64,000 nt of DNA from a bacterium (GTDB taxonomy: Bacteria > Chlamydiota > Chlamydiia > Chlamydiales > SM23-39): NCBI GenBank assembly GCA_021781995.1, contig JAJXVT010000003.1:3112-67111 (forward strand). The letters are read 5' to 3'. Under the pieces are notes generated by a model, which worked only from the letters and a program-made list of their open reading frames with translations, did no database searches and was not told where the DNA came from. Made by a program: the position numbers and the translations under genes. This document shows, piece by piece, positions 43,665-53,122 of this stretch (positions within the stretch are counted from its first letter, which is position 1; each line of letters starts with the position of its first letter).

Positions 43665-44737
43665 AATAGCATGCCACGCTCTGTCAAGCGTACGGACTCA
43701 TTGGTTTTGACGAGTAGCGCTTGCTCTTGTAGGTTCTCAATTGCTTTGTATGTTTCATTGGGTAAGCGGCTAGGCAGCTTCACTCCGTTGACTAAGCGTA
43801 GGCCCACGGCGAGCATTTCTTTTACGTCGGCAGGATAATCAAGTGTTTCTGAAAAATGAACAGGGGATTGGCCTTGCTTTAACGCGCGTACGTAGCGTTG
43901 TAAATTCGGAGTGTTTTGAAATCGAGATTTATCCCAGTAGCTAAAAGCGGACGGGCCTAAGCCTAAAAAGGGGCGAAAAGTCCAGTAGCCAAGATTGTGG
44001 CGCGATTCATAACCGTGTCTAGCAAATGCTGAAATTTCATATCTTTTAAATTGCAAGTCGGCAAATTTGTCTAAGGCCGATTGTAAATAGCGCAAGCTTT
44101 CTTCCGGGCGAGGTAGGTTTAAGGTTTGCCGATTGCGATAAAATGAGGTGTGCGGCTCGATGGTTAAGTTATAGAGCGAAATGTGGGTGATGGGAAGGGA
44201 TTGCAGTTGATCGAGGGTGTAGCTCCAAGACGCAGGTGTTTGATCCGGCAGATCATACATTAAATCGATAGAAATGTTGTCGATACCTGCTTTTTTTGCT
44301 GCAAAGATGGCTTCTTGAGCTCGTTTTGCGCTATGACTGCGTCCTAAAGTCTGTAAAGATCTATCATCCAGCGATTGAACCCCGAGGCTGATTCGATTGA
44401 CTCCGACTTGTTTTAGATCGTAAAATAGTTGGAAGTCAGCCTCTTCGGGATTTGTCTCAACAGTGATTTCCGGATGATTGGAAAGATCGATCCAAGAAAG
44501 CGTCTCGCCGATGGCTTGCGCTCCATATAGAGCCGGAGTACCGCCGCCGAAATAGATAGAAGCAATTTTATAGCCTTGCAATTTTGGTTTTTGCATGGCC
44601 CATTCCAAGGAAAATCCCTCAGCGAGCAACGCGTGGTAGCGCGGCTGGCTGGGGATTACATAAAAATGGCAGTAGGGACATTTTTTTGTGCAAAAAGGGA
44701 CGTGAAAATAAAGAGAAGCTTCACCAGTTGTCGGCAT
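43634..44737 (-). CDS. hemW: Radical SAM heme chaperone HemW / HemN-like protein
   Basis: LYFHVPFCTKKCPYCHFY (CxxxCxxC), GGGTP and a HemN_C-like end. The start was moved to the ATG at 44737 (17-nt overlap with the upstream gene) instead of 44869. Confidence 0.85.
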   Translation of the reverse strand: MPTTGEASLYFHVPFCTKKCPYCHFYVIPSQPRYHALLAEGFSLEWAMQKPKLQGYKIASIYFGGGTPALYGAQAIGETLSWIDLSNHPEITVETNPEEADFQLFYDLKQVGVNRISLGVQSLDDRSLQTLGRSHSAKRAQEAIFAAKKAGIDNISIDLMYDLPDQTPASWSYTLDQLQSLPITHISLYNLTIEPHTSFYRNRQTLNLPRPEESLRYLQSALDKFADLQFKRYEISAFARHGYESRHNLGYWTFRPFLGLGPSAFSYWDKSRFQNTPNLQRYVRALKQGQSPVHFSETLDYPADVKEMLAVGLRLVNGVKLPSRLPNETYKAIENLQEQALLVKTNESVRLTERGMLFYDSIASEIV

Positions 44738-45206
44738 CTGGATCTTCGAGGACTCCTCGTCTCCATCGATTGCGATCGGAGAATGGGTCTTCATCGTCTT
44801 CTTCTTCGGAAAGCGTCGATTCCTCATCTGTTCCGCCGCCGCCGCCGCCTGTTCCGCTTTCCGTTTCATCTTCGGCTGCGGTCGTTTCTATATCGAAGCT
44901 CTCGGTTTCCATATCCAGGCCGGCATCAGTCATGCCATCGCCCATGTCCATATCGGGCAATGTGTGCGGCTCTGCGTAAGCTTGGCGCGCGGCATTGCGT
45001 TTCGGTGTAACATATTCTTCGACTTCACCGCTTTCTTTCATGAAGCGTAGACGCTCTTTTTCCTCATCGATTTTCGTTTTGATGCCGCGGATTTCTTCCC
45101 TGTGTTTGTCCACATCTTTTTTAGGGACTAATCCTAGGTTCATCCACTGTTCGAGATCTTCGAGTTCTGTTTCTAGTTTTTTTAGTCGTTCGCTCTTCAT
45201 GTTCAT
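44721..45206 (-). CDS. Hypothetical acidic protein (coiled-coil N-terminus, D/E-rich tail with Gly6 tract)
   Basis: MNMKSERLKKLETELEDLEQW...TESGTGGGGGGTDEESTLSEEEDDEDPFSDR...DADNW. The Gly tract is encoded by a (GCC)n run near 44830-44850. The TTG at 45230 was rejected in favour of the ATG at 45206. Confidence 0.6.
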   Translation of the reverse strand: MNMKSERLKKLETELEDLEQWMNLGLVPKKDVDKHREEIRGIKTKIDEEKERLRFMKESGEVEEYVTPKRNAARQAYAEPHTLPDMDMGDGMTDAGLDMETESFDIETTAAEDETESGTGGGGGGTDEESTLSEEEDDEDPFSDRNRWRRGVLEDPDADNW

Positions 45207-45217
45207 CGTCAGGTTTT

Positions 45218-45356
45218 GGGCCAATTGCAAACTTTAAATTTGGCTGGTTATATAAAATATTTTTTAACAATCCTTAGATTTTTATGCAACATTCAGGATT
45301 GGATTTCGCGGTTCGCGATGAAGAGTTTTGCTCAAAAGTGAATTTTTTGCAATAGA
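45218..45356. repeat. Degenerate copy of the TTGCAAAAC-type repeat
   Basis: gggccaattgcaaacttt is on the left, and gagttttgctcaaaag plus ttttttgcaatag on the right. Similarity to the 56248-56430 termini is weak. Confidence 0.3.
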
Positions 45357-45377
45357 ACTTTGTGCATTCTGATCAAT

Positions 45378-46064
45378 TCAGCGTGAACTAGGTGCGTGGA
45401 GGAGTAATTCTGTAATCATGGTTACTCGCATGTTCGCAGAGCTGGTCGGCTGTGATGGATTATTATCAATTTTTCTTCTAAAGAAATTCATCACATATAC
45501 GCCGCAGTTATGCGAGTCGTATTGATGTTTGTCTGTGTTTTCAGTTAATCTATAATTGGCAAATTGATTCATTACGTGACGTATGATGGTATTTAAGCGA
45601 TCGTCGTTTCGATCTAGGATGGTAAGTCCCTTGGAGTCGTAATATTCAACGGTATGCGCTCTAGTATTGACTTGGATGGCAACGATATGATTTCGGAACA
45701 ATCCTTTTAATACGATGGGTATGCAAATATGAGTTTTGGCGCGAATCTCTTCAGGTAGATTCAGCTCTGATACGGGCTCATCAGGATGTAGATAATCCTG
45801 AACTAGGGATGATGTGCGCGGCCACTCTTGTGCATATTCTACAAGGACGCTGGCGGTAAGTGCTCTTTGCCTACATAGTTGTTGGACTGCCTGTGGATCC
45901 TCGTGTCGAGGCTCTTGTACTTTTGTGAAATAACTAAAGGTAGAGACCCAAAAATCAAAAAATATTTTACATGCAATGTCGCGGATTTTTCTATATAAGC
46001 TTGGGGCGACAGGGCGCTGATTTATTGAAAATTCTGAGAAAGTGGGAAGAATTCTTGCTGTCAT
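45378..46064 (-). CDS. Ulp1/SENP-like CE-clan cysteine protease (ChlaDub-like deubiquitinase/deSUMOylase candidate)
   Basis: Ordered His-Asp-Cys elements: RNHIVAIQV...EYYDSKG...HQYDSHNCGVYVMNFF (Q..D..NCG oxyanion/nucleophile block). ATG at 46064. Confidence 0.7.
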   Translation of the reverse strand: MTARILPTFSEFSINQRPVAPSLYRKIRDIACKIFFDFWVSTFSYFTKVQEPRHEDPQAVQQLCRQRALTASVLVEYAQEWPRTSSLVQDYLHPDEPVSELNLPEEIRAKTHICIPIVLKGLFRNHIVAIQVNTRAHTVEYYDSKGLTILDRNDDRLNTIIRHVMNQFANYRLTENTDKHQYDSHNCGVYVMNFFRRKIDNNPSQPTSSANMRVTMITELLLHAPSSR

Positions 46065-46082
46065 TTGCAAGTATTATAACAT

Positions 46083-46218
46083 AAGAGGCAATTGCAAAAC
46101 TCATTTTTCCGTTAAAATGTCCTCAAAATGGCGATTTTTCCAGGCAAAGCAGTTTTGCAATTACCTCATAAGAGCTGATTTTTATGGGCAAATCCTTTTT
46201 GCAATTGGCTCTTGAGGT
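46083..46218. repeat. Short MITE-like copy (46083-46172) plus an extra solo terminus (46196-46218) of the TGAGGTARTTGCAAAACT family
   Basis: Left end aagaggcaattgcaaaactc and right end gcagttttgcaattacctcataag are inverted. The interior cctcaaaatggcgatttttccagg parallels 56381-56406. A third terminus follows: tttttgcaattggctcttgaggt. Confidence 0.65.
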
Positions 46219-46266
46219 ATTAATTATTTCCGTGTTATCGGGTTGGAGATTGGGAGTGTTGTGTTC

Positions 46267-48909
46267 ATGGCTGATTTTCCTGATTTTGCAAGTCTTTCTA
46301 ATTTAGAGCTTATCGAAGAGATGTACTCCCGGTATAAGGGAGACCCAAATAGCGTAGACGCTTCGTGGCGTTATTTTTTTCAGGGAATGGGGTTTTCAAA
46401 ATTTTTAGAGGCGCGAGGCGGGTCGGAGAAGGAATGCCGGGTTTTGAGGCTGATCGATGCTTATCGTCGATATGGACACTTGATCGCACCGAAAAATCCT
46501 TTGGGACCGCTAAGGCCGGAACCTAGTGAGTTGCAAATGGTAGAGCAAGAGCAAGGGGTGTTTCCAACTTTTGGGTTCTTAGGCTCTGCAGAGGCCTCTT
46601 TAGGCGAGATCGCGGAGGGGCTAAGGCAGATTTATGGTTCTCGCATCGGTTTTGAGTACATGGGGACATGCGAGGAGATCGAAAAGTGGATGCAGGGGAA
46701 GTTAGAGCCACGTCTTGTGATTGAACCAACTGATGAGGAGAGGCGCTTTTTGGCCGATGCTTTGAATCGGGCTGAGAGTTTTGAGATGTTTTTGCATACG
46801 AAATATGTGGGGCAAAAACGGTTTTCGATTGAGGGGGCTGAGACGTTGATTCCTGTGATGTCGGAGCTGATCGCCCACGGGGCGGAGCTGGGGATGGAAG
46901 AATTTGTAATCGGGATGGCTCATCGAGGGCGCTTGAATGTTTTATCCAATCTTTTGCAAAAAAATTATTCGGTTATTTTTGAGGAATTTGAAGATTCTTC
47001 GCTTCCTCAAGAGCTCGAGGGCAGTGGGGATGTGAAATACCACAAGGGTTTTTCGGCTGATGTAACGACTCGATTCGGAAAAAAGGTGCATTTGCATTTG
47101 GCCGCTAATTCTTCTTGTTTGGAGTCGGTCGATCCTATTGTTCTGGGACTGACTCGTGCCAAGCAAATGGGTTTTGCAGGGGGCGATCAAAAGGCCGGGG
47201 CGATTTTAGTGCACGGGGATGCGTCGGTTTCGGGTCAGGGTATTGTGTATGAAGTGCTGGAGATGATGCGCTTAGAGGGATATTGCACAGGGGGGACGAT
47301 TCACGTTGTGGTCAACAATCAGATTGGTTTTACAACGCTTCCTGAGGAGAGCCGCTCGACTCGCTACTGCACTGATATTGCTAAAACTTTCGGATGTCCG
47401 GTGTTTCATGTGAATGCAGAAGATCCGGAAAGTTGTTTATTTGCGGCGAAAATGGCGCTTGAATTGAGGCTTAAGTTCAAAGTGGACGTGTTCATCGATT
47501 TATTGTGCTATCGCAAATATGGCCATAATGAGGGCGATGAGCCTGCTTTTACTCAGCCTTTGCAATATAAGACCATTCGCTCAAAAGAATCGATCCGGCA
47601 GATGTATTTAAAAAGTTTGCCAAACGCTCTGGCCAATCAAGAAGAGGAAAAGTTTCGATCTGTATTGGAAAATGCACTGGCACAGGCTCGTTCTAAGAGC
47701 GGTTTTGAACCTGAAATGCGCTTTGGAGCTCATTGGAAGGGTTTTTCTCAGCCGAAGGCAGAGAGCTTGTTTGAGGCGTGCGATACGAAGGTGGCGCGAG
47801 CTCGTCTCCAACAGGTGGTGGATGGATATTGCCAGATTCCTGTTCATTTTCATCTGCATCCAAAATTGCAAAAATGGGTCGGGGATCGCAAGTCTTTAAA
47901 TTCGATTGACTGGGGTCTTGCGGAGTGTTTGGCGTTTGGGTCTTTACTGCAGCAAAAAATCGCGATACGTCTAGGCGGACAGGATTGCCGGCGAGGTACG
48001 TTTAGCCAGCGCCACGCTGTGTGGGTAGATCAGGAAAATGGATCTTTGTATTTCCCTTTTGCCCATATTGCACAAGATCAAGCTGTGTTCGAGGTTTACA
48101 ATTCGCCTTTGTCTGAATTTGGGTGTCTGGGGTTTGAATTCGGTTATTCGTGGGGCGATTTGAAAAGTTTGGTGATTTGGGAGGCTCAGTACGGAGATTT
48201 TGCGATCGGCGCTCAGACGATCATTGATCATTATATCACAACGGCCGAACAAAAATGGGCGCGTTATTCCAATTTGGTGGTTTTGCTGCCTCATGGTTAT
48301 GAGGGACAAGGACCGGAGCATTCATCGGCGCGCATCGAGCGGTTTTTGCAATTGGCAGCCAACAACAATGTGCAAATTTGCAATCTTTCTACCCCCGCGC
48401 AATATTTTCATGTGTTGAGAAGGCAGATGCTGCGGGAAATTAAAAAACCGCTCATTATTTTTACGCCGAAAAGTTTGTTGCGATTGAGTCAATGCGTAAG
48501 TGCTGTCGATGATTTGAGCGAGGGTGGTTTTGAGGAGTTGATCGACGATCGAATCGATAGGCCCAGGGCTTTATTGCTTTGTTCGGGACGGATTTATTAT
48601 GAATTATTAGAGGAGCGTCAAAAACGAGGGCGGCAGGATGTTGCAATTGTCCGCGTAGAACAGCTTTATCCATTGCATATGGGTAAAATGAAGTCTGTTT
48701 TGGAGCGCTATAAAAAAGTGGCAGATGTTTGCTGGGTGCAGGACGAGCCGGAAAATATGGGAGCCTGGGAATTTTTGGCCCCGTCATTGCGAATGTTTTT
48801 TCCGGAAGTGCGCTATGCGGGGAGAAAAAGAAGCCCGGCAACGGCAACGGGTTCTCATAAACAGCATGTGTTAGAGCAACAGCAATTGATCAGTGAGGCA
48901 TTTCGATGA
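46267..48909 (+). CDS. sucA: 2-oxoglutarate dehydrogenase E1 component
   Basis: About 880 aa with N-terminal SWRYFF and ThDP-binding/transketolase-like blocks (GDASVSGQGIVYE; LLPHGYEGQGPEHSSARIERFLQL). ATG at 46267. Confidence 0.93.
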   Translation: MADFPDFASLSNLELIEEMYSRYKGDPNSVDASWRYFFQGMGFSKFLEARGGSEKECRVLRLIDAYRRYGHLIAPKNPLGPLRPEPSELQMVEQEQGVFPTFGFLGSAEASLGEIAEGLRQIYGSRIGFEYMGTCEEIEKWMQGKLEPRLVIEPTDEERRFLADALNRAESFEMFLHTKYVGQKRFSIEGAETLIPVMSELIAHGAELGMEEFVIGMAHRGRLNVLSNLLQKNYSVIFEEFEDSSLPQELEGSGDVKYHKGFSADVTTRFGKKVHLHLAANSSCLESVDPIVLGLTRAKQMGFAGGDQKAGAILVHGDASVSGQGIVYEVLEMMRLEGYCTGGTIHVVVNNQIGFTTLPEESRSTRYCTDIAKTFGCPVFHVNAEDPESCLFAAKMALELRLKFKVDVFIDLLCYRKYGHNEGDEPAFTQPLQYKTIRSKESIRQMYLKSLPNALANQEEEKFRSVLENALAQARSKSGFEPEMRFGAHWKGFSQPKAESLFEACDTKVARARLQQVVDGYCQIPVHFHLHPKLQKWVGDRKSLNSIDWGLAECLAFGSLLQQKIAIRLGGQDCRRGTFSQRHAVWVDQENGSLYFPFAHIAQDQAVFEVYNSPLSEFGCLGFEFGYSWGDLKSLVIWEAQYGDFAIGAQTIIDHYITTAEQKWARYSNLVVLLPHGYEGQGPEHSSARIERFLQLAANNNVQICNLSTPAQYFHVLRRQMLREIKKPLIIFTPKSLLRLSQCVSAVDDLSEGGFEELIDDRIDRPRALLLCSGRIYYELLEERQKRGRQDVAIVRVEQLYPLHMGKMKSVLERYKKVADVCWVQDEPENMGAWEFLAPSLRMFFPEVRYAGRKRSPATATGSHKQHVLEQQQLISEAFR

Positions 48910-50021
48910 GCGTGAATATACAAGTTCCTCCTTTGGGCGAATCGGTGACAGAAGCTACGGTGGGAGCGATTTTAAAAGCTTCGGGCAGCCAAGTGCGGGC
49001 GGATGAAGAAATTTTGGAACTAGAAACAGACAAGGTAAATCAGGTGTTGTATGCCCCGGCGGCAGGCGCGATTGAGCTGAAGGTCAAAACAGGCGATAAG
49101 GTGTTGGTGGGTCAAGTCATAGGTTCTGTCGATCCGGCCAAAAAAGGAGCGGCTCCTGCTGCGGCTGAGGAAAAGCCCAAGGCTGAACCAAAAGTCGTTG
49201 CTGCGGCGCCTGCTGTAGTAGCGCCTGCATTGGAACCAGGCCCTTTTCCTTCTGCACGCAAACCGGCAGAAGATTTGTTGATCGAGAAACAGATTTTGCA
49301 AGAAAAAAGCTCTATGGCGCCGAAATTAGGAGAGCGCAAGAAAATGAGCAAGCTGCGCAAAGTGATCGCGCAGCGGCTGGTTGAAGTAAAAAATCAAACG
49401 GCGATGCTCACTACTTTTAATGAAGTGGATATGAGCGCAATCATTGCAGTTAGAGAAAAAGAGCAAGAGACGTTTCAGAAGCGCTACGGAGTTAAGCTTG
49501 GATTCATGTCGTTTTTTGTGAAAGCTTGCGTGGCGGCTTTGCAGCAATATCCGGAGATCAATGCGCGTATTGAAGGCGATGAAATTGTCTATTTTCGTGA
49601 GTGCCATATTGGCATTGCAGTGAGTACAGAAAAGGGATTGATGGTCCCTGTTTTGCGCAATGCAGAAAAAATGAGTTATGCTGAAATAGAGACAGCGTTG
49701 AAAAAGTTTGCTCAAGAGGCGAGAACGGGATCAATTTCGGTAGATGCTTTGCAAGGAGGGACCTTTACGATCACCAATGGCGGAACTTTCGGGTCCTTGC
49801 TTTCAACACCGATTCTCAATCCGCCGCAAAGCGGTATTTTGGGTATGCACGCCATCGTTAAACGGCCGATTGCAGTAGATGATGAAGTGCAGATCCGCCC
49901 AATGATGTATTTGGCGTTAAGCTATGATCACCGCATTGTAGATGGTCAGCAATCGATTGGTTTTTTAATGCACATTAAGAAAAATTTAGAAGAACCTGCG
50001 AGGCTTTTGCTTGGATTATGA
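48906..50021 (+). CDS. sucB: Dihydrolipoyllysine-residue succinyltransferase (E2o)
   Basis: Lipoyl domain (LELETDKV), Ala/Pro linker and catalytic LSYDHRIVDG. Confidence 0.93.
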   Translation: MSVNIQVPPLGESVTEATVGAILKASGSQVRADEEILELETDKVNQVLYAPAAGAIELKVKTGDKVLVGQVIGSVDPAKKGAAPAAAEEKPKAEPKVVAAAPAVVAPALEPGPFPSARKPAEDLLIEKQILQEKSSMAPKLGERKKMSKLRKVIAQRLVEVKNQTAMLTTFNEVDMSAIIAVREKEQETFQKRYGVKLGFMSFFVKACVAALQQYPEINARIEGDEIVYFRECHIGIAVSTEKGLMVPVLRNAEKMSYAEIETALKKFAQEARTGSISVDALQGGTFTITNGGTFGSLLSTPILNPPQSGILGMHAIVKRPIAVDDEVQIRPMMYLALSYDHRIVDGQQSIGFLMHIKKNLEEPARLLLGL

Positions 50022-51387
50022 TGTAGTTGTGATTGGTGCAGGACCTGCGGGATATGTTGCGGCGATTCGCGCTGCGCAATTGGGGTTGAAGACGGCGTGC
50101 ATTGAAAAGGGCAAGCTCGGTGGAACATGCCTGAATGTAGGGTGCATTCCATCAAAAGCATTGCTTCATTCGTCGGAGCTATTTTGGAAATTGTCCCATG
50201 AATATGCCGACAACGGGATCGATGTAAAGGGCGCTCGATTTGATTTGTCTTTGATGATGCAGCGTAAAGAAGGCATCGTTCGAGGATTTAATGCAGGCAT
50301 CGAAGGACTGTTTAAGAAAAATAAAGTAACCTGGATTTCAGGGCAGGCTCGTTTGGCGAGTCCCACTTCTATCGATGTAGACGGGAAATCAATTTCAGCG
50401 CGCTATATCATCTTAGCTACAGGTTCAGAGCCGATTGCATTGCCGTTTTTGAAATTCGACGAAAAACAAGTCTTGTCTTCGACCGGCGCTTTGATGCTAG
50501 AAAAAGTGCCAAAAAGGCTTATTGTGATTGGAGCCGGCGTCATCGGAGTGGAATTGGGATCGGTGTATCGGCGGTTGGGAAGCGAGGTAGTATTCATTGA
50601 ATTTTTAGATCGGATTTGTCCTGCGTTTGATGGGGCATTGTCGAGCGGTTTGCAAAAATGTTTATCGGCGCAGGGGATGGAGTTTTATTTATCACATCGC
50701 GTCATGTCAGCAGATCTGAGCGGTAGCGGCGTATCGCTAATGGCACAAGGTCCATCTAGTCAGATGCAATTCAAAGGCGATGCGGTGTTGGTTGCGATTG
50801 GGCGCCGTCCTTTTACAAAAAATCTCCAGTTGGAGGCAGCTGGCGTTCAATGCGATGAGAAAGGGCGTATTGTAGTCGACGCTTCATTTAGGACCAATGT
50901 GAAAACAATTTTTGCGATTGGAGACGTCGTGGATGGGCCCATGCTGGCGCATAAAGCGTCTGAAGAAGGAGTTGCTGTTGCGGAGTTAATAGCCAACCAT
51001 CGTCCGGTTGTGGATTATGCTAGCATCGCGAGCGTTGCTTATACCTATCCCGAAGTTGCGGCCGTGGGGTTTACAGAAGAAGAACTCAAAGCAAAAGGGA
51101 TTTCTTATCGAGTAGGGCAGTTTCCGTTTAAAGCCAATTCGCGCGCGCGGTGCAATGGCGAAGATGAAGGGTTTGTGAAAGTGCTTGCGCAACACGGGTC
51201 TAATCGATTGTTAGGCGTACACATTCTTGGAGCGCATGCTTCAGAGTTGATCGCCGAAGGGGCGTTTGCGATTCGAATGAGAGCTAGCGCAGAGGATTTA
51301 GCCGACACGTGCCACGCACATCCGACGCTAAGCGAGTCGTTAAAAGAAGCGGCTCTCGCTGCTGTCAAAGCTGCCATTCATATGTGA
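50011..51387 (+). CDS. lpdA: Dihydrolipoyl dehydrogenase (E3)
   Basis: FAD site VIGAGPAGY, redox disulfide GGTCLNVGCIPSK and C-terminal HAHPTLSE. TTG start. Confidence 0.93.
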   Translation: MDYDVVVIGAGPAGYVAAIRAAQLGLKTACIEKGKLGGTCLNVGCIPSKALLHSSELFWKLSHEYADNGIDVKGARFDLSLMMQRKEGIVRGFNAGIEGLFKKNKVTWISGQARLASPTSIDVDGKSISARYIILATGSEPIALPFLKFDEKQVLSSTGALMLEKVPKRLIVIGAGVIGVELGSVYRRLGSEVVFIEFLDRICPAFDGALSSGLQKCLSAQGMEFYLSHRVMSADLSGSGVSLMAQGPSSQMQFKGDAVLVAIGRRPFTKNLQLEAAGVQCDEKGRIVVDASFRTNVKTIFAIGDVVDGPMLAHKASEEGVAVAELIANHRPVVDYASIASVAYTYPEVAAVGFTEEELKAKGISYRVGQFPFKANSRARCNGEDEGFVKVLAQHGSNRLLGVHILGAHASELIAEGAFAIRMRASAEDLADTCHAHPTLSESLKEAALAAVKAAIHM

Positions 51388-51393
51388 GCGGGC

Positions 51394-52941
51394 TCAGAGC
51401 GCTGCAGTTTGCGCCGCAGCAACGCGTGCCGCTTCATCAGCTTTTGCGTATGCCGCTGCAACTGCAGCTAAGCTTCCTGGTTTTCCCCCTGTTGCAACTG
51501 TCGCGGCAGGTACTGGGGAATGTAGTGGATTAGGTTCCAAGCCTGTTGGTCTAACCTCGGAGGCTCGCCTGCTTGGGGCGCTAGATGATGGTATTTGGGA
51601 AGATTGAGAGGGGGAGGAAAGTGTGTCAAAAAATGTTGTCAATGCTGAGCGATCTGTCTCATTGAAAAAGATGGGAAGAAATTCGTCTCTGTCCACTTGA
51701 ATAGACAATTTGTTGGTTGATGAATCTCTTAGTAAGGTTACTGGAACCGTTGAATATTGATTGTTGCCAACAATGAGACGTATGCCTGTGGTGCCATTTT
51801 TACGTATGGCTTGCAACTTATAGATCATCATTTTGGCATAAGGTTCATCAGCAGGGGTAGCTAGCGTTTTCATCACTTCTATTACCGGACCTAATTCTGT
51901 AGATAAGGTTTCTGCACTGGATGATGGCTGTAAGGAAAGATCGACTGTATTTTGATATCGAAACTCTTTTGTATGTATTAATTCGTGTGGGATAAGCCAC
52001 GTCCAATAAGTAAATCCTAACATACCTGCAACAGGAATTACTATTCCAGCGGCAGCAATGGCTGCTATGCCCGCGGTTGCTGTCATCGCTCCTGTTGTTG
52101 TTGCGACTTGAGCGCCCGTCAAAGCGTAGGTTAAACCAACTGTCGCGGCAACGGTTAATCCGCTGCCCACTGTTGCCGCTATAAATGAATGGTTTGAAGA
52201 ATTGTATGTGAAAGAAACACCATCAGGATGCTCGGCAGTAAATATCTTGATCGAACGGATGGATTCGGATTCATTTTCTTGAGGACCATTGAGATTTGGG
52301 GAGACCCAAAAAACTTCTACTTTCGTTGCTTGCTGAAATAATGCAGCTTGCTCTGAATCCTGTTGGATTGCAGTTACAATGTCTGTCCAGGTCTTTGATG
52401 TCGGCTCTTTGCTGCCATATGGAGCGGTTTTAAGCACAGGTGTTAAAAAATGAGCTCTATCTTCTGGAGTAATAGATATCCTTCTGCTGCGTGAAACAGT
52501 TTCAGTCATTGGATTTGGAAATACATATGTTATGGAAGTACGGCGGTTATAAAGAAGGATTCTGTCCCCGGCAATCAATTGATTAACATTTGTAGTATCC
52601 GGGTCGAATGGGTGTACTAGCCCAAGTATGTTTGGATCGGTACATTTCTGCCAAGGAGAACCTGAGATATCGCGTTGAGACACATCCGATGGAGCTGCGG
52701 CCTCGAGACCTGCGCCAGCGAGAGGACCTGCTTGGGCAGCGGCAGGGGGGGAGACCTGGATTGGTGAGATGCTGTGCCCGTGAAGAGAGGAAGAGGCGGA
52801 GGCGGGGTCTGGTAAGTCAGGGGGCGAGGGCAGAGGTGGCCCACCGCAACGTATGCCAGAGGGACGACGTGTCATCTCCATCTCATTTGAGGATGGATAC
52901 CGTGAAACAGCAGGTTGTGTAACAGTCGTAGAATTACTCAT
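51394..52941 (-). CDS. Hypothetical protein with Pro/Ala/Ser-rich N-terminus and a ~64-aa bilobed hydrophobic segment (Inc-like effector candidate)
   Basis: aa 253-316 (nt ~51994-52185) read FIAATVGSGLTVAATVGLTYALTGAQVATTTGAMTATAGIAAIAAAGIVIPVAGMLGFTYWTWL. The upstream region 52942-53010 is extremely AT-rich. Confidence 0.6.
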   Translation of the reverse strand: MSNSTTVTQPAVSRYPSSNEMEMTRRPSGIRCGGPPLPSPPDLPDPASASSSLHGHSISPIQVSPPAAAQAGPLAGAGLEAAAPSDVSQRDISGSPWQKCTDPNILGLVHPFDPDTTNVNQLIAGDRILLYNRRTSITYVFPNPMTETVSRSRRISITPEDRAHFLTPVLKTAPYGSKEPTSKTWTDIVTAIQQDSEQAALFQQATKVEVFWVSPNLNGPQENESESIRSIKIFTAEHPDGVSFTYNSSNHSFIAATVGSGLTVAATVGLTYALTGAQVATTTGAMTATAGIAAIAAAGIVIPVAGMLGFTYWTWLIPHELIHTKEFRYQNTVDLSLQPSSSAETLSTELGPVIEVMKTLATPADEPYAKMMIYKLQAIRKNGTTGIRLIVGNNQYSTVPVTLLRDSSTNKLSIQVDRDEFLPIFFNETDRSALTTFFDTLSSPSQSSQIPSSSAPSRRASEVRPTGLEPNPLHSPVPAATVATGGKPGSLAAVAAAYAKADEAARVAAAQTAAL

Positions 52942-53122
52942 AATTTTAGTTTCTCTTTAATTATATAATTAATTATACCATAAATATTTATTTAAAATAT
53001 ATTATAATACACTTCTTCTGGCGAGAATCTGTATGTTTATGGTTATCAATGAGTTATGTTTTCTTCTAAGTGCGCGATGGGGCAGTAAAAAAGGTTGTGT
53101 ACTCGTTCCGTTTGAAAGGTTT

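Noticed and set aside
44576-45010. Two + strand ORFs (144 and 131 aa) with Ser/Arg/Pro-rich translations
   Set aside because: They are antisense to hemW and the acidic protein gene, over the GCC-repeat region. Their composition is a mirror artefact of the D/E/G-rich sense frame.
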